DNA of 63,850 bases, the filler included, from Nanobdellota archaeon (GTDB taxonomy: Archaea; Nanobdellota; Nanobdellia; B33-G15), in the NCBI GenBank assembly GCA_003660925.1. It is 10 parts of 10 records of this genome, joined end to end, with 100 filler letters (N's around TTAATTAATTAA, not from the genome) between each part and the next. Parts side by side here need not be neighbours in the genome. Positions count along the whole stretch, not along the records: positions 29,190 to 36,120 come from QMVD01000038.1; positions 36,221 to 43,114 come from QMVD01000039.1; 8 more parts are not named here. One strand, given 5' to 3'. Shown piece by piece: positions 29,090-38,228 of the stretch (its first letter is position 1; each line of letters begins with the position of its first letter). The position numbers were made by a program, and so were the translations under genes. Below the pieces are notes generated by a model. That model was not told the DNA's origin, did not search any database, and saw only the letters and a list, made by a program, of their open reading frames with translations.

Positions 29090-29189
29090 NNNNNNNNNNN
29101 NNNNNNNNNNNNNNNNNNNNNNNNNNNNNNNNNTTAATTAATTAANNNNNNNNNNNNNNNNNNNNNNNNNNNNNNNNNNNNNNNNNNNN
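29090..29189. other. Artificial contig linker
   Basis: N44-TTAATTAATTAA-N44. Confidence 0.99.
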
Positions 29190-29199
29190 AAGTCATAGA

Positions 29200-29415
29200 T
29201 CAAACGAACTCCACCTTGTCGATCCTATGTCCATAGATGTTTTGACATATTTTGAAGCTTCCCTTCCCTTCTATCACGATGTTCTCCACGGTCTCACAAC
29301 TCACTGGGATGTTGTACAGGATCCCAGCTATCAGCAAGAAGATTAACAAGATGATGAGCTTCCTTGTCTTCTTCCTCCTCAGCAAGGAGATCTTGAGCTT
29401 GTACTCCTTCCGCAT
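29200..29415 (-). CDS. Small membrane-anchored protein
   Basis: Basic N-terminus, TM helix, Cys pair. Confidence 0.55.
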   Translation of the reverse strand: MRKEYKLKISLLRRKKTRKLIILLIFLLIAGILYNIPVSCETVENIVIEGKGSFKICQNIYGHRIDKVEFV

Positions 29416-29491
29416 GATTTAAAAGGTCTCTTTTGAGTTAAATTCTTTACCCAGTGAAAAATTTTATAAGCATCTCGGAGTAAGTAAAAAC

Positions 29492-30313
29492 ATGTTTTTC
29501 AAGTCAAGGGTGGAAAAGCTGGAGAACGAGTTCAAGACAGATAAACTCAAGAACAAGTACATGTTCTACGACCTGAACATAAGAGCAGCTGATCCTGAAG
29601 AAGTGAGGACATTCAGTTCGGAAATACTTCAGGAGTTGGGATTTTATCCCATCCTCAACAAGTTCACGAAGTTTGAGGACGTGGAGCTCGAGGGCATCTT
29701 TACAGGAGGTAGGTTGAAACCCGTGAAGAGCGTGATCAAGGGCGTGAAAAAAGTGAAGAAAGGGCCCAAATATGGGCTCCTCTGGAAGCTCCTTTCCTTG
29801 ATAGGAATAGGGTTGTTGGTGTATTACCTTCTCCCCGGAAACGTCCCAAATTATCAAGTTCTTTACCTCTCCATATTCTTCCTTTTGTTCTCTCTTTTCG
29901 TTTACATGATAAAGAAGACTTTAGTATTAGAAGTCTGGGTGAAGTTGGCCGGCATCTATGACGTAAGCTCGGAGAAGTCGGATCTGAGGGTCATCATAGC
30001 AAGTGATGCGAAGGACAGGAGCAAGGAGAGCTTCAGGATATTAGAAGAAGACATAAACGAGTTCTATAACGAACTAGCTTCGAAATACGTGAAGAAGAGA
30101 GTCTCCCCAGTAATAAAAGTGAAGAGGGGAGTTTCGCCCCAAGAGCGCATACTTTCCGCCCTTCAAGAGGTGGAGAAGGAGATAAGCAATTTGGACAGGA
30201 GGCTTTCTAAGGGAGAGGTAAGTGAGGAAACTTATAAAGAAGTGAAGCAAAGGTTGGAGAGTAAGAGGGAGAAACTAGAGACCATGCTAGACTTGTTGAG
30301 TGTAATGCAATGA
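29492..30313 (+). CDS. Hypothetical two-TM membrane protein with C-terminal coiled coil
   Basis: Two TM helices; L..GEVSEETY.E.K SHOCT-like tail. Confidence 0.7.
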   Translation: MFFKSRVEKLENEFKTDKLKNKYMFYDLNIRAADPEEVRTFSSEILQELGFYPILNKFTKFEDVELEGIFTGGRLKPVKSVIKGVKKVKKGPKYGLLWKLLSLIGIGLLVYYLLPGNVPNYQVLYLSIFFLLFSLFVYMIKKTLVLEVWVKLAGIYDVSSEKSDLRVIIASDAKDRSKESFRILEEDINEFYNELASKYVKKRVSPVIKVKRGVSPQERILSALQEVEKEISNLDRRLSKGEVSEETYKEVKQRLESKREKLETMLDLLSVMQ

Positions 30314-30750
30314 AAGGTCAATACGTGGTTCTGAAGGAGATAATCGCTTTTGCCATCGGAGTTTCTATGGTGATAGGCCTGGCGACCCTGATGTCCACTC
30401 TATTAGTCCCTGCTGTGAGGGATTACGTGCTCTCGAGAGAAATAGAGAACCTCCTACTTTACGTGGATCTGAACTTGATGGAGGCTTACACTTCAACTAA
30501 AGGGATAAGTGCCGTCAACATGAGTTATTACATAAGCATGCCTGATGACCTTTTAGGTTCCCTTTACAGGATAAACTTCGTTGGGAGGGAACTCTGCCTC
30601 ACCCCAGAGAAATATCCATCCGAAGAGTGTTTGGAGAGCTCCATCCCGAGCGAAGTATCCCTCTCGGGAAGCTACGTGTCTGGGACTGACATGTTAGTTT
30701 CGGTCAGCAAGGATGGGGGCTTTTCCATCTCCATTTCGAACCCTGTTTAG
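30310..30750 (+). CDS. Pilin-like protein (class III signal peptide)
   Basis: MKGQYVVLKEIIAF plus hydrophobic helix. Confidence 0.65.
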   Translation: MKGQYVVLKEIIAFAIGVSMVIGLATLMSTLLVPAVRDYVLSREIENLLLYVDLNLMEAYTSTKGISAVNMSYYISMPDDLLGSLYRINFVGRELCLTPEKYPSEECLESSIPSEVSLSGSYVSGTDMLVSVSKDGGFSISISNPV

Positions 30751-31445
30751 AGGAACCCTAGAAGTTGTAGGATGACCCACATGATCACGATGATTATCGC
30801 CCATTTCACGAACCACTTAAGCGCCTTCATGAAAAGGTAGATGATGGAGAGGATTAAGATGATGTTGACGACAGTAGCGTATTCGGGAGATAGGCCCAGG
30901 ACGCTTCTTATCGCCTCCTTGAGGCCTGAAAATGCGGAGAGGACCTGTTCTACCACTGACAGGAGCTCTTGGATGAGATCTAATGTCCCCTTTATATGCT
31001 CTATCTTACTCTGATTCGTTTCATTTTGGGAAAACCCTGGCAAGAAGAGGAAAAGGAGGAGCAAGACTCCCAACTTCCTCCCGAACAGCTCGAGGAGCTC
31101 CTCCCAGAAGATCACTGGTAGGTAGATGACAAAGAGGGAGAGAAGGGCAGGGAACCACCCCCCCTCCACTTCTTCCTTCCACAAAAAGGAAATCAACACC
31201 AAAGCCATCACGCTAGCGAGCAACAAGATAGCCCTCGATGACTTTTCACCAGAAATTTCCTTTAAGAAATAAAGGGCGTAAGTTGCGTAGAGGATGGATC
31301 CGAGCTTGAGAACGTAAGAAGTGGTGGAAGGGAGGAAGACGGATAGGAAGAAGAAGAGGACGGAGAGAACACCAGCCAGACACGCTGATTTTTTCTCGTC
31401 CACCCCTTCCGTCCTGAGGAAGAGCCTCTCCCACATCTCAACCAA
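30747..31445 (-). CDS. Hypothetical multi-pass membrane protein
   Basis: Several TM segments; start overlaps DUF655 stop. Confidence 0.65.
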   Translation of the reverse strand: MVEMWERLFLRTEGVDEKKSACLAGVLSVLFFFLSVFLPSTTSYVLKLGSILYATYALYFLKEISGEKSSRAILLLASVMALVLISFLWKEEVEGGWFPALLSLFVIYLPVIFWEELLELFGRKLGVLLLLFLFLPGFSQNETNQSKIEHIKGTLDLIQELLSVVEQVLSAFSGLKEAIRSVLGLSPEYATVVNIILILSIIYLFMKALKWFVKWAIIIVIMWVILQLLGFL

Positions 31446-31986
31446 CGAACAACTTGTACCTGTCGGCCCCTTCGAGCTCCATCATGATCCTCTTCATGAC
31501 CATCTTTTCAGGGTCCGGGATGAACTCCACTCTCTTCTTCAAGTCCTCGAAGCTCTCGAATGGTTTCTCTTCCCTTTCCTCCAAGATCTTCCACATGTGT
31601 TTCTTACCTATCCCTGGAAGCAATTCTAGTTGATGAAGCCTCATGGTTATGGGTCTCGCGCGGTTGAAGAATTCCACGAACTCCTTCTCCCTCTCCTTCA
31701 CCACGTTCTTCACGAACTCCTCTAACACCATCTTGGCGGTGCTAGTGAGCTCGTTATATTCCAGCTTGCCTCTTATGTGATGTATTTTGTCTCTCTTCCC
31801 TGCCCCTATGTACACCTTCTCCCTGGGGTTCAAATAAACGCCTTCCTTTGGAGAGGCTTCGAGCAGGGTGAGGTATTTCTCCCCTATCAACTGCACTATC
31901 GGCGTCCTCTCCCCCTCGAAAGGATAACCGTGAGGTAGGAAATCCAGTACTACCGCATACTCTTCCTTTTTCCTTTCCATACTCAT
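31438..31986 (-). CDS. DUF655 putative RNA-binding protein
   Basis: VLDFLPHG, LLE, RLHQLELLPGIGKK, PFESF.D; conserved after rpo4. Confidence 0.93.
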   Translation of the reverse strand: MSMERKKEEYAVVLDFLPHGYPFEGERTPIVQLIGEKYLTLLEASPKEGVYLNPREKVYIGAGKRDKIHHIRGKLEYNELTSTAKMVLEEFVKNVVKEREKEFVEFFNRARPITMRLHQLELLPGIGKKHMWKILEEREEKPFESFEDLKKRVEFIPDPEKMVMKRIMMELEGADRYKLFVG

Positions 31987-32327
31987 CCCTTCGCGAAGCG
32001 TTTAACCACTTCGAATATCTTCTCTAGCTCCTCCTTGTTAAATGGCACCTTCGCGTCCGATAGAACGAGCTTGAGCTCTTCCATGGTGGTGGGAAGTATG
32101 TCTATTATCTTCACGATGTTCTCATCCTTCAACTTCCTCATCTCCAGTTTCTTCAGCTCCTCCTCCAACTTCTCGGCCTCCTTGGCGCTCAATTTCGTCA
32201 AAACCTTCAAGTGCTCGATGGCTTGTTTTTCCTCGAAGCTCATCTCTTCCCCCTTCTTTTTTTTCAAAAGTTCCTTAACTACTGCCATGGGCACAGGCTT
32301 GCTTTCTAAGATCTCGTAGTCAAACAT
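31983..32327 (-). CDS. rpo4: RNA polymerase subunit Rpo4 (F)
   Basis: KIIDILP...EL HRDC-like motif; L21e-rpo4-DUF655 order. Confidence 0.88.
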   Translation of the reverse strand: MFDYEILESKPVPMAVVKELLKKKKGEEMSFEEKQAIEHLKVLTKLSAKEAEKLEEELKKLEMRKLKDENIVKIIDILPTTMEELKLVLSDAKVPFNKEELEKIFEVVKRFAKG

Positions 32328-32328
32328 C

Positions 32329-32619
32329 TCACAACCTCCTCAAGTGGACGGGAAGGCAGATGAGGTTCTTCACTTTCCTTCCGTCCTTGAACTCCACTAT
32401 GTATGCCCTCCCCCTCTTCCCCACTATAGTCCCCACTTTTCCTATGAACCTCCTGAAAGGAAGGTTCTTCTGGAAGGAAGGTTCAGGGTCTATCAAGACC
32501 TTTTCCCCCTCCTTGAATTCTTGAAGGAACCTAGTCACGCTTATCTTTCCCCTGCTCCTTGGGGGCTTCCTGAGCTTCTTTCGGGTCTTCTGCCTAGGAC
32601 CCTTCGCCCGCTTCACCAT
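32329..32619 (-). CDS. rpl21e: 50S ribosomal protein L21e
   Basis: G.R.KTR.KL, F..GEKV.I...PS, G.RGRAY, P.HL; start MVKR at 32619. Confidence 0.95.
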   Translation of the reverse strand: MVKRAKGPRQKTRKKLRKPPRSRGKISVTRFLQEFKEGEKVLIDPEPSFQKNLPFRRFIGKVGTIVGKRGRAYIVEFKDGRKVKNLICLPVHLRRL

Positions 32620-32678
32620 TCTAAAATCCCATAGATAGGAGTATTTAAATTTATTTTCGGTCGAGGGAGTGGGGAAAG

Positions 32679-32831
32679 TCACACCTTAAGAACGTTCTTC
32701 AATTCATCCCCATATCTCTTCTGGCAGTCAGAACAAACGGGGACGAGCTTCCCCTTCACCTTGACATAGGTCCCCTTGATCTTGTTCAAGAAGGAAATTT
32801 CTATCTTCCTCTTACAAAGGGTGCACTTCAC
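32679..32831 (-). CDS. Small CxxC...CxxC zinc-finger protein (50 aa, not in ORF track)
   Basis: Manual translation [53 protein letters not shown] start overlaps srp54 stop. Confidence 0.8.
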   Translation of the reverse strand: MKCTLCKRKIEISFLNKIKGTYVKVKGKLVPVCSDCQKRYGDELKNVLKV

Positions 32832-34075
32832 ATTCCCAACCTCCTCAGGAGCTTTTCCATCTTCCTCCCCCTGAATCCTTTCATCATCCGCTTCATTAAG
32901 TTATACTGCTTGATCAACTCCCTGACCTCGGACTCCGACGTCCCGGACCCCCTCGCGATCCTCCTTATCCTCGAAGAATTCAAGATCTCCGGGTGTTCCA
33001 ACTCCTCCTTCGTCATGGAGTCCATTATGTGCTTGAACCTCTTTATCTTGTCCTCCTCCACCTTCGGGATCTTCGCCAGGCTCAATCCAGGTATGAGTTC
33101 CACGAGCTTGTTCAGGGGGCCCATCTTGCTCAGATTCTCCAACTGTTCATATAAATCTAATAGGTTCATCTCCCCTGAGAGCATCTTCTTGGCGACCTTC
33201 TCAGCCTTCTTTTCATCCATCACCTCCCTTGCCTTCTCCAAAATGCTTTCTAGATCCCCCATTCCCAACAATCTAGAGACGAAACGTTTAGGTTCGAAAA
33301 CTTCCAGGTCCTCTACTTTCTCCCCAGTTCCCAAGAACACGACGTGGCTCCCGGTCTTCGCGCAGGCGGTCAAGGCACCTCCTCCCTTGGCGGTCCCGTC
33401 CATCTTGGTCACTATCACCCCGGTTATCCCGAGGGCCTCGTGGAACTTCTCCGCCTGGACCCCAGCGTTCTGACCTATGTCCGCGCTCAGGATCAACAAG
33501 ATCTCTTGAGGTTTCAGCTTGGTTTTTATCCGTTTGATCTCCTTGATCAAATTTTTGTCCAAGGCATCCCTCCCAGCGGAATCCGCAATGACCACGTCGT
33601 ACTTTTCCAAGTCTTTTATCTCTCCAGATACTTTCACCTTTATCTTCTCCCCAAGCTGTCTCAACTGCTCCTCTGCCGCGGGCCTGAACTTGTCCAGGGC
33701 GAGCATCAATACCTTATACCCCCTCTTCTTGTAGTAATGGGCGAGCTTGGCGCATGTCGTGGTCTTCCCCGAACCGAACAATCCGACTAACAAGATCTTG
33801 GTGGGCTTTTCCTTGATCTCTATCTTCCTCCCCTCCCCGAGGAGGGAGACGAGCTCCTCGTAGATGGCCCTTATCAACAACTCCCTCTTACTCAGGGCCC
33901 TCTCCTCCTTCACCCTTTTCCTTATCCGCTCCGAGAGCTCGAAGACGAGCTTGACGTCCACATCTCCCTTTATCAACTCCCTTTGGATGTCCCTTATGAC
34001 CTCCTCCAACAGGCTCTCATCTACGTGTATGGCTCTTATGACCTTCCTCAAACTCTCCCTTAATCCCTCGAGCAT
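32828..34075 (-). CDS. srp54: Signal recognition particle protein SRP54
   Basis: GLFGSGKTTT, DSAGR, TKMDG.AKGGGA, Met-rich M domain, SR..RIARGSG. Confidence 0.96.
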   Translation of the reverse strand: MLEGLRESLRKVIRAIHVDESLLEEVIRDIQRELIKGDVDVKLVFELSERIRKRVKEERALSKRELLIRAIYEELVSLLGEGRKIEIKEKPTKILLVGLFGSGKTTTCAKLAHYYKKRGYKVLMLALDKFRPAAEEQLRQLGEKIKVKVSGEIKDLEKYDVVIADSAGRDALDKNLIKEIKRIKTKLKPQEILLILSADIGQNAGVQAEKFHEALGITGVIVTKMDGTAKGGGALTACAKTGSHVVFLGTGEKVEDLEVFEPKRFVSRLLGMGDLESILEKAREVMDEKKAEKVAKKMLSGEMNLLDLYEQLENLSKMGPLNKLVELIPGLSLAKIPKVEEDKIKRFKHIMDSMTKEELEHPEILNSSRIRRIARGSGTSESEVRELIKQYNLMKRMMKGFRGRKMEKLLRRLGM

Positions 34076-34098
34076 GTTTAGAGTTAGTAAGGTGTATT

Positions 34099-34980
34099 TT
34101 AATCCTTTCCGCAGAGCATCTCTATTATCTTTTCCTTCCTGAAGGGCTTCAAGTCCTTGTAATCCTGCCCCACCCCGAGGTAGAGTACGGGTTTTTTGGT
34201 CACATAGCTCACGGATATTACCGCCCCACCTTTCCTATCTACATCCGCCTTGGTGAGGATAATCCCATCTATCCCCACCTCCTCATTAAACCTCCTCGCC
34301 TGTTCCACTGCATCGTTCCCCGTCAAGGCATCGCCCACGAATATAGTGTAGTCGGGCTTGGCCACCCTCTTTATCTTCCTCAATTCGTCCATCAGGTTCT
34401 TATTAGAATGCATCCTGCCCGCCGTGTCTATCAAGACCACGTCTATCCCGTGCTTCTTGGCGTACTCTATCGCATCGTACGCTACCGCCGCCCCATCCGC
34501 CCCGTATTGGTGTTTTATCACCCTCATCCCCAACTTCTCCCCATGTTTCTCCAACTGCTCTATGCTGGCAGCCCTGAAGGTGTCGCTGGCTGAGAGGACG
34601 CAGGAAAGACCCTTTTTCTTCAACAGGTAAGCCAACTTGGCTATGGCGGTGGTCTTTCCCACCCCATTTACTCCCACGAACAGGATCACAAAGGGTTTCT
34701 TATCTATCTTCAGCTCCCCTTCCATCAAGATCTCATCGAAGACCTTCTTCAAGGACGATTTGATCCTCCTCGAGGTTCTTCCCTTCTTCTCCCCCACCAA
34801 TTCTTTCTTCAATCCTTCCTTTATCCTCTCCACAACTTCTTGGGACACGTTGTTCTCCAACAAGGAGATCTCGAAGGGAAAGAAGGCCTCCTCGAACTCT
34901 TTCTCCGTGAGTTTCCTCTCCACCTTTGACTTGAGCTTCTTGATGTTCTCCTTCAACTTCTTCTTGAGGAACTCGAACAT
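34099..34980 (-). CDS. ftsY: SRP receptor FtsY (NG domain only)
   Basis: GVNGVGKTT, DTFRAA, DTAGR, TKAD...KGG, GVGQ.Y.DL. Confidence 0.96.
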   Translation of the reverse strand: MFEFLKKKLKENIKKLKSKVERKLTEKEFEEAFFPFEISLLENNVSQEVVERIKEGLKKELVGEKKGRTSRRIKSSLKKVFDEILMEGELKIDKKPFVILFVGVNGVGKTTAIAKLAYLLKKKGLSCVLSASDTFRAASIEQLEKHGEKLGMRVIKHQYGADGAAVAYDAIEYAKKHGIDVVLIDTAGRMHSNKNLMDELRKIKRVAKPDYTIFVGDALTGNDAVEQARRFNEEVGIDGIILTKADVDRKGGAVISVSYVTKKPVLYLGVGQDYKDLKPFRKEKIIEMLCGKD

Positions 34981-34982
34981 GA

Positions 34983-35405
34983 CTATCCGCCATAATATTG
35001 TAAGAGTATCTGCTCGATCTCCCTCATCCTGTCATACAAATCAGCGAGCTCAGCCTTCATGCTCAACATGGCCTTCTCTATCTTTTCCTGGCTCCTCTCT
35101 ATGGTCTCCTTCGCCCCTTCCACGTCCTTTTCTATCACGAAGTTCGCCCCCACCTCCATCAGGACCTTCTCCTTGTCCAAGATCTTCCCCTTCACGAGCA
35201 CGCCAGGGCCAATGGGTATCAAGGCATCCCTATCCGCCTCCAAGCTCTCCAAGGCGCTCTTTATGACCTCCAATTCTTGGATCCTCGTCTCCAACATCAC
35301 CAGGTGTTGCTCCAACTCCTGCATCCTCTGCCTGACTAATTCCATCTCTATGGCACTCCTCTCCACCTCCTTAGGACTTATCTCCTTCCTTACCTCCCTT
35401 ACCAA
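34983..35405 (-). CDS. pfdA: Prefoldin alpha subunit
   Basis: Coiled coils flanking LIPIG.G and V..EVGA. Confidence 0.92.
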   Translation of the reverse strand: MVREVRKEISPKEVERSAIEMELVRQRMQELEQHLVMLETRIQELEVIKSALESLEADRDALIPIGPGVLVKGKILDKEKVLMEVGANFVIEKDVEGAKETIERSQEKIEKAMLSMKAELADLYDRMREIEQILLQYYGG

Positions 35406-35571
35406 CCTTTTTCACCTCTTCTATGATTATCTTGGTCCTCTTCACCTTGTGGTGGCTCCCGAGCAGGGAATAAGCCTTCTCCACAGCTTCTTCCTCGCTT
35501 TTCGCGTTTATCTCTTTTTCGAACTTCTGCCAATATCCTTTGTTCCAAAATTTTCCCCTCACCAGGAACAT
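35371..35571 (-). CDS. rpl18a: 50S ribosomal protein L18Ae/LX (eL20)
   Basis: F.KEI.A...A.EK.YS.LGS.H.VKR..I.I. Confidence 0.92.
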   Translation of the reverse strand: MFLVRGKFWNKGYWQKFEKEINAKSEEEAVEKAYSLLGSHHKVKRTKIIIEEVKKVGKGGKEGDKS

Positions 35572-35581
35572 GGACCCTCAC

Positions 35582-35839
35582 CTATTTCTCCTCCAGGTCC
35601 ACGTGGGCGAACCCTTCCTTCGCCACCACCTTGACCTTGACCTTCGGAGGGGGGTTCTTCCCTCCCCTTTCCCATAAGTATTCGTTCAACCTCTTGCTTA
35701 TCTTGGGAACGAGCTTGGTGTGCTTTTGGATGAACTCCTCTAATGCCTTGACCGCGAAGTGGGTCTTCCTCCACTTGGGCTTCTCCCTGAACCTCCTCCT
35801 CAGGTTCACCACGTATATCCTCTCTTCTCCTTCCTTCAT
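35582..35839 (-). CDS. rpl31e: 50S ribosomal protein L31e
   Basis: ERIYVVNLR, LNE.LW.RG..NPP.KV.V. Confidence 0.93.
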   Translation of the reverse strand: MKEGEERIYVVNLRRRFREKPKWRKTHFAVKALEEFIQKHTKLVPKISKRLNEYLWERGGKNPPPKVKVKVVAKEGFAHVDLEEK

Positions 35840-35842
35840 GCT

Positions 35843-36013
35843 TCACACCTTTATCTTGCTCTTCCTCCAATGCCTCCTCTTGTGAGGGTTTAGCCTCCAC
35901 CTGTGTCCCCTCTTCCCGAACTTCCTCAAGATAGCCCAGAATACGGCGGGCCTGCAGGACTTGCCCGCGCTTATCAACCTCTTCTTCACGGACTTTAGCT
36001 TGTTTCTTGCCAT
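35843..36013 (-). CDS. rpl39e: 50S ribosomal protein L39e (56 aa, not in ORF track)
   Basis: Manual translation MARNKLKSVKKRL...FWAILRK...KRRHWRKSKIKV. Confidence 0.9.
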   Translation of the reverse strand: MARNKLKSVKKRLISAGKSCRPAVFWAILRKFGKRGHRWRLNPHKRRHWRKSKIKV

Positions 36014-36120
36014 TTTTTCACCAACTCGTGAGCGAGATCGTCCAAAAACTTCCTCCCTTTTGGAGTTATCACCCTTCCCTTCTTCTCCTTCTTCACGAAA
36101 CCCAATTCCTCCAACTGTTG
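35995..36120 (-). CDS. rps19e: 30S ribosomal protein S19e, C-terminal fragment (not in ORF track)
   Basis: QQLEELGFVKKEKKGRVITPKGRKFLD. Confidence 0.9.
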   Translation of the reverse strand, partial: QQLEELGFVKKEKKGRVITPKGRKFLDDLAHELVKKWQETS

Positions 36121-36220
36121 NNNNNNNNNNNNNNNNNNNNNNNNNNNNNNNNNNNNNNNNNNNNTTAATTAATTAANNNNNNNNNNNNNNNNNNNNNNNN
36201 NNNNNNNNNNNNNNNNNNNN
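36121..36220. other. Artificial contig linker
   Basis: N44-TTAATTAATTAA-N44. Confidence 0.99.
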
Positions 36221-36595
36221 ATTATAAGGCTGAGTGAGGCGAGCGCGAGATTGCTACTAAGGGACAAGGTGAAGGTGGACGATGCCAAGAGGGCCATCTC
36301 CCTCGTGAGGTATTACTTAAGGCAGGTTGGGCTGGACCCAGAGACAGGGGAGATAGACATAGACAGAATCGTGACAGGGATAACCGCAACCCAGAGGAGC
36401 AGGATCATCCTCATAAGGGAGATCATGGCGGAATTGGAGGAGAAATTCGGGGAGAACATACCCTTGAGGGAGATCTTGAAAGAAGCGAAGGAAAGGGGGA
36501 TAGATGAGGCCAAGGCAGAAGAAGTGATAGATAAAATGAAGAGGGATGGGGAGATCTTCGAGCCAAAGCACGGCTTCTTGAGGAGGTTGAGTTGA
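36221..36595 (+). CDS. mcm: MCM replicative helicase, C-terminal fragment
   Basis: IRLSEASAR, D..RAI, DPETG.IDID.I.TG, GEIFEP winged helix. Confidence 0.92.
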   Translation: MIRLSEASARLLLRDKVKVDDAKRAISLVRYYLRQVGLDPETGEIDIDRIVTGITATQRSRIILIREIMAELEEKFGENIPLREILKEAKERGIDEAKAEEVIDKMKRDGEIFEPKHGFLRRLS

Positions 36596-37194
36596 TGTTC
36601 ACTTCGAGGTTCGTGGCCTACAAGTTAGAGATAAAAGACATCGAGAGGGCGGAGTGGAAGGAGAACAAGGCCATCATAAATGGGTTGGAGGTGGTGAGGG
36701 TGAGGGTCATGGGGACAGTGGTTCAGGTGAAGAAGGGGCCGGGTTTTTGCTTCTTGACCATAGATGATGAAACGGGAGTCATGGGAGTGAAGGGCTTTGG
36801 GGATGAAGTGAAGTTGTTGGAAAAGATAAGAGAAGGAGACATCATCGATGTCATTGGGAAGTTGAAGAGATATGAAGAAAGGTGTTACATCTCTCCCGAG
36901 ATCGTGAGGGTGATAAGGAATCCCAATTGGTACATCCTGAGAAAGCTGGAGCTCATGAGGAAGATTGAGGTGAAACCCGTGGAAGTGGCGGAGGAGTACA
37001 TAGTAGATGAGGAAAAGAGGAAGGAATTGATCAGGATCATAAAGGAGTTGGATGAGAGGGAAGGGGCAGAGTTCGAGGCCATAAGGGAGAAGTTGAAATT
37101 GAGTGAGAAGGGGTTGGAGGAGCTGTTATTCTCCCTGTTGAAGGATGGTTTTATATATGAGCCAAAGCCTAGGAGGTATAAGGTGTTAGAATGA
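36592..37194 (+). CDS. RPA32-like OB-fold plus winged-helix ssDNA-binding protein
   Basis: RVRVMGTVV, IDDETG, GD.IDVIGK, C-terminal G.IYEP. Confidence 0.82.
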   Translation: MMFTSRFVAYKLEIKDIERAEWKENKAIINGLEVVRVRVMGTVVQVKKGPGFCFLTIDDETGVMGVKGFGDEVKLLEKIREGDIIDVIGKLKRYEERCYISPEIVRVIRNPNWYILRKLELMRKIEVKPVEVAEEYIVDEEKRKELIRIIKELDEREGAEFEAIREKLKLSEKGLEELLFSLLKDGFIYEPKPRRYKVLE

Positions 37195-37598
37195 AGTACG
37201 AGGAACTCTTGAAGAGGGCGATGAGCCTAGTCCCTAAAGAAGTGAAGGATAAGGAGAGATTTGAGATACCTTCTGTCTCCTCCTCCATTCAAGGTAATAA
37301 GACGATCGTCCACAACTTCCTGAAGATCTGTAATTACCTGAACAGGAATCCGAAACACGTGATGAAGTTCTTCGATAGGGAGTTGGCGACCGTGGGGGTC
37401 CTGGAGGACCAGAGGGCGGTCTTCGTGGGGAGATTTTCGAACTCCCTCCTACAGAAGAAGTTGGAGAAATACGTGCAAGAGTTCGTGCTCTGCAAGGAAT
37501 GTGGCAAGCCTGACACCAAGATCGTGAAGGAAGGAAGAATAAGCATATTAAGGTGTACCGCCTGCGGCGCATGGAGGCCTGTGAGGACGATAAAATGA
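37191..37598 (+). CDS. eif2b: Translation initiation factor 2 beta
   Basis: ERFEIP, GNKT...NF, C.ECG.PDT, C.ACGA. Confidence 0.95.
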   Translation: MKYEELLKRAMSLVPKEVKDKERFEIPSVSSSIQGNKTIVHNFLKICNYLNRNPKHVMKFFDRELATVGVLEDQRAVFVGRFSNSLLQKKLEKYVQEFVLCKECGKPDTKIVKEGRISILRCTACGAWRPVRTIK

Positions 37599-37909
37599 AG
37601 TACATGATGAAGGTCCATGAAGTCGTGAGGTATGGGATAAGAGAGGTCATAGTGGCTTTGTGCGATCCAGAGTTGGTGGGAAGGACGCTGAAAGAAGGGG
37701 AAGTGGAGTTCTTCGTGAATCCCAGGTTCTACGAGGGGGAACTGGTCGGAGAAGAAGAAGCTAAGAGTTGGTTAGAGAGGGCCACCATAGCCAATTTCGT
37801 GGGGAAGAACTCCGTAGAACTGGGGATAAAAGCTGGGCTCGTTGATCCAGAGAACGTGAAGCACATAGGAAAGGTGGCTCACGCTCAAATGGTGATCATG
37901 CTGGAGTAA
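37595..37909 (+). CDS. DUF424 family protein
   Basis: A.CD.EL.G, FY.GE, A...N.VG; start moved to ATG 37595. Confidence 0.88.
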   Translation: MKYMMKVHEVVRYGIREVIVALCDPELVGRTLKEGEVEFFVNPRFYEGELVGEEEAKSWLERATIANFVGKNSVELGIKAGLVDPENVKHIGKVAHAQMVIMLE

Positions 37910-37943
37910 TGCTTTTTAAACCAGGACGCATTTCTCCCTTGAT

Positions 37944-38228
37944 ATGGAAGAGATAAGGGTAAAGCTCCCGGAAGGAGAAGAGGTGTTCGGGATAGTCGAA
38001 CAAATGTTGGGTTGTAGGAAGATGTACGTGAAGTGTTCTGATGGTGTCAGGAGGCTTTGTAGGGTCCCGGGAAGGTACGCGAGGAGGATATGGGTGAAGC
38101 CCGGAGATGTCGTCATCGTGAAGCCCTGGGAGATACAGAAGGATAGGGGGGATGTCATTTTCAAGTACACAGCAGCCCAGATAGATTGGCTCAAGAGGAA
38201 AGGATACTTGAAGTTTGAGGAGATATGA
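37944..38228 (+). CDS. eif1a: Translation initiation factor 1A
   Basis: MLG, C.DG..R..R.PG, W...GD.V.V.PW, RGD. Confidence 0.95.
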   Translation: MEEIRVKLPEGEEVFGIVEQMLGCRKMYVKCSDGVRRLCRVPGRYARRIWVKPGDVVIVKPWEIQKDRGDVIFKYTAAQIDWLKRKGYLKFEEI

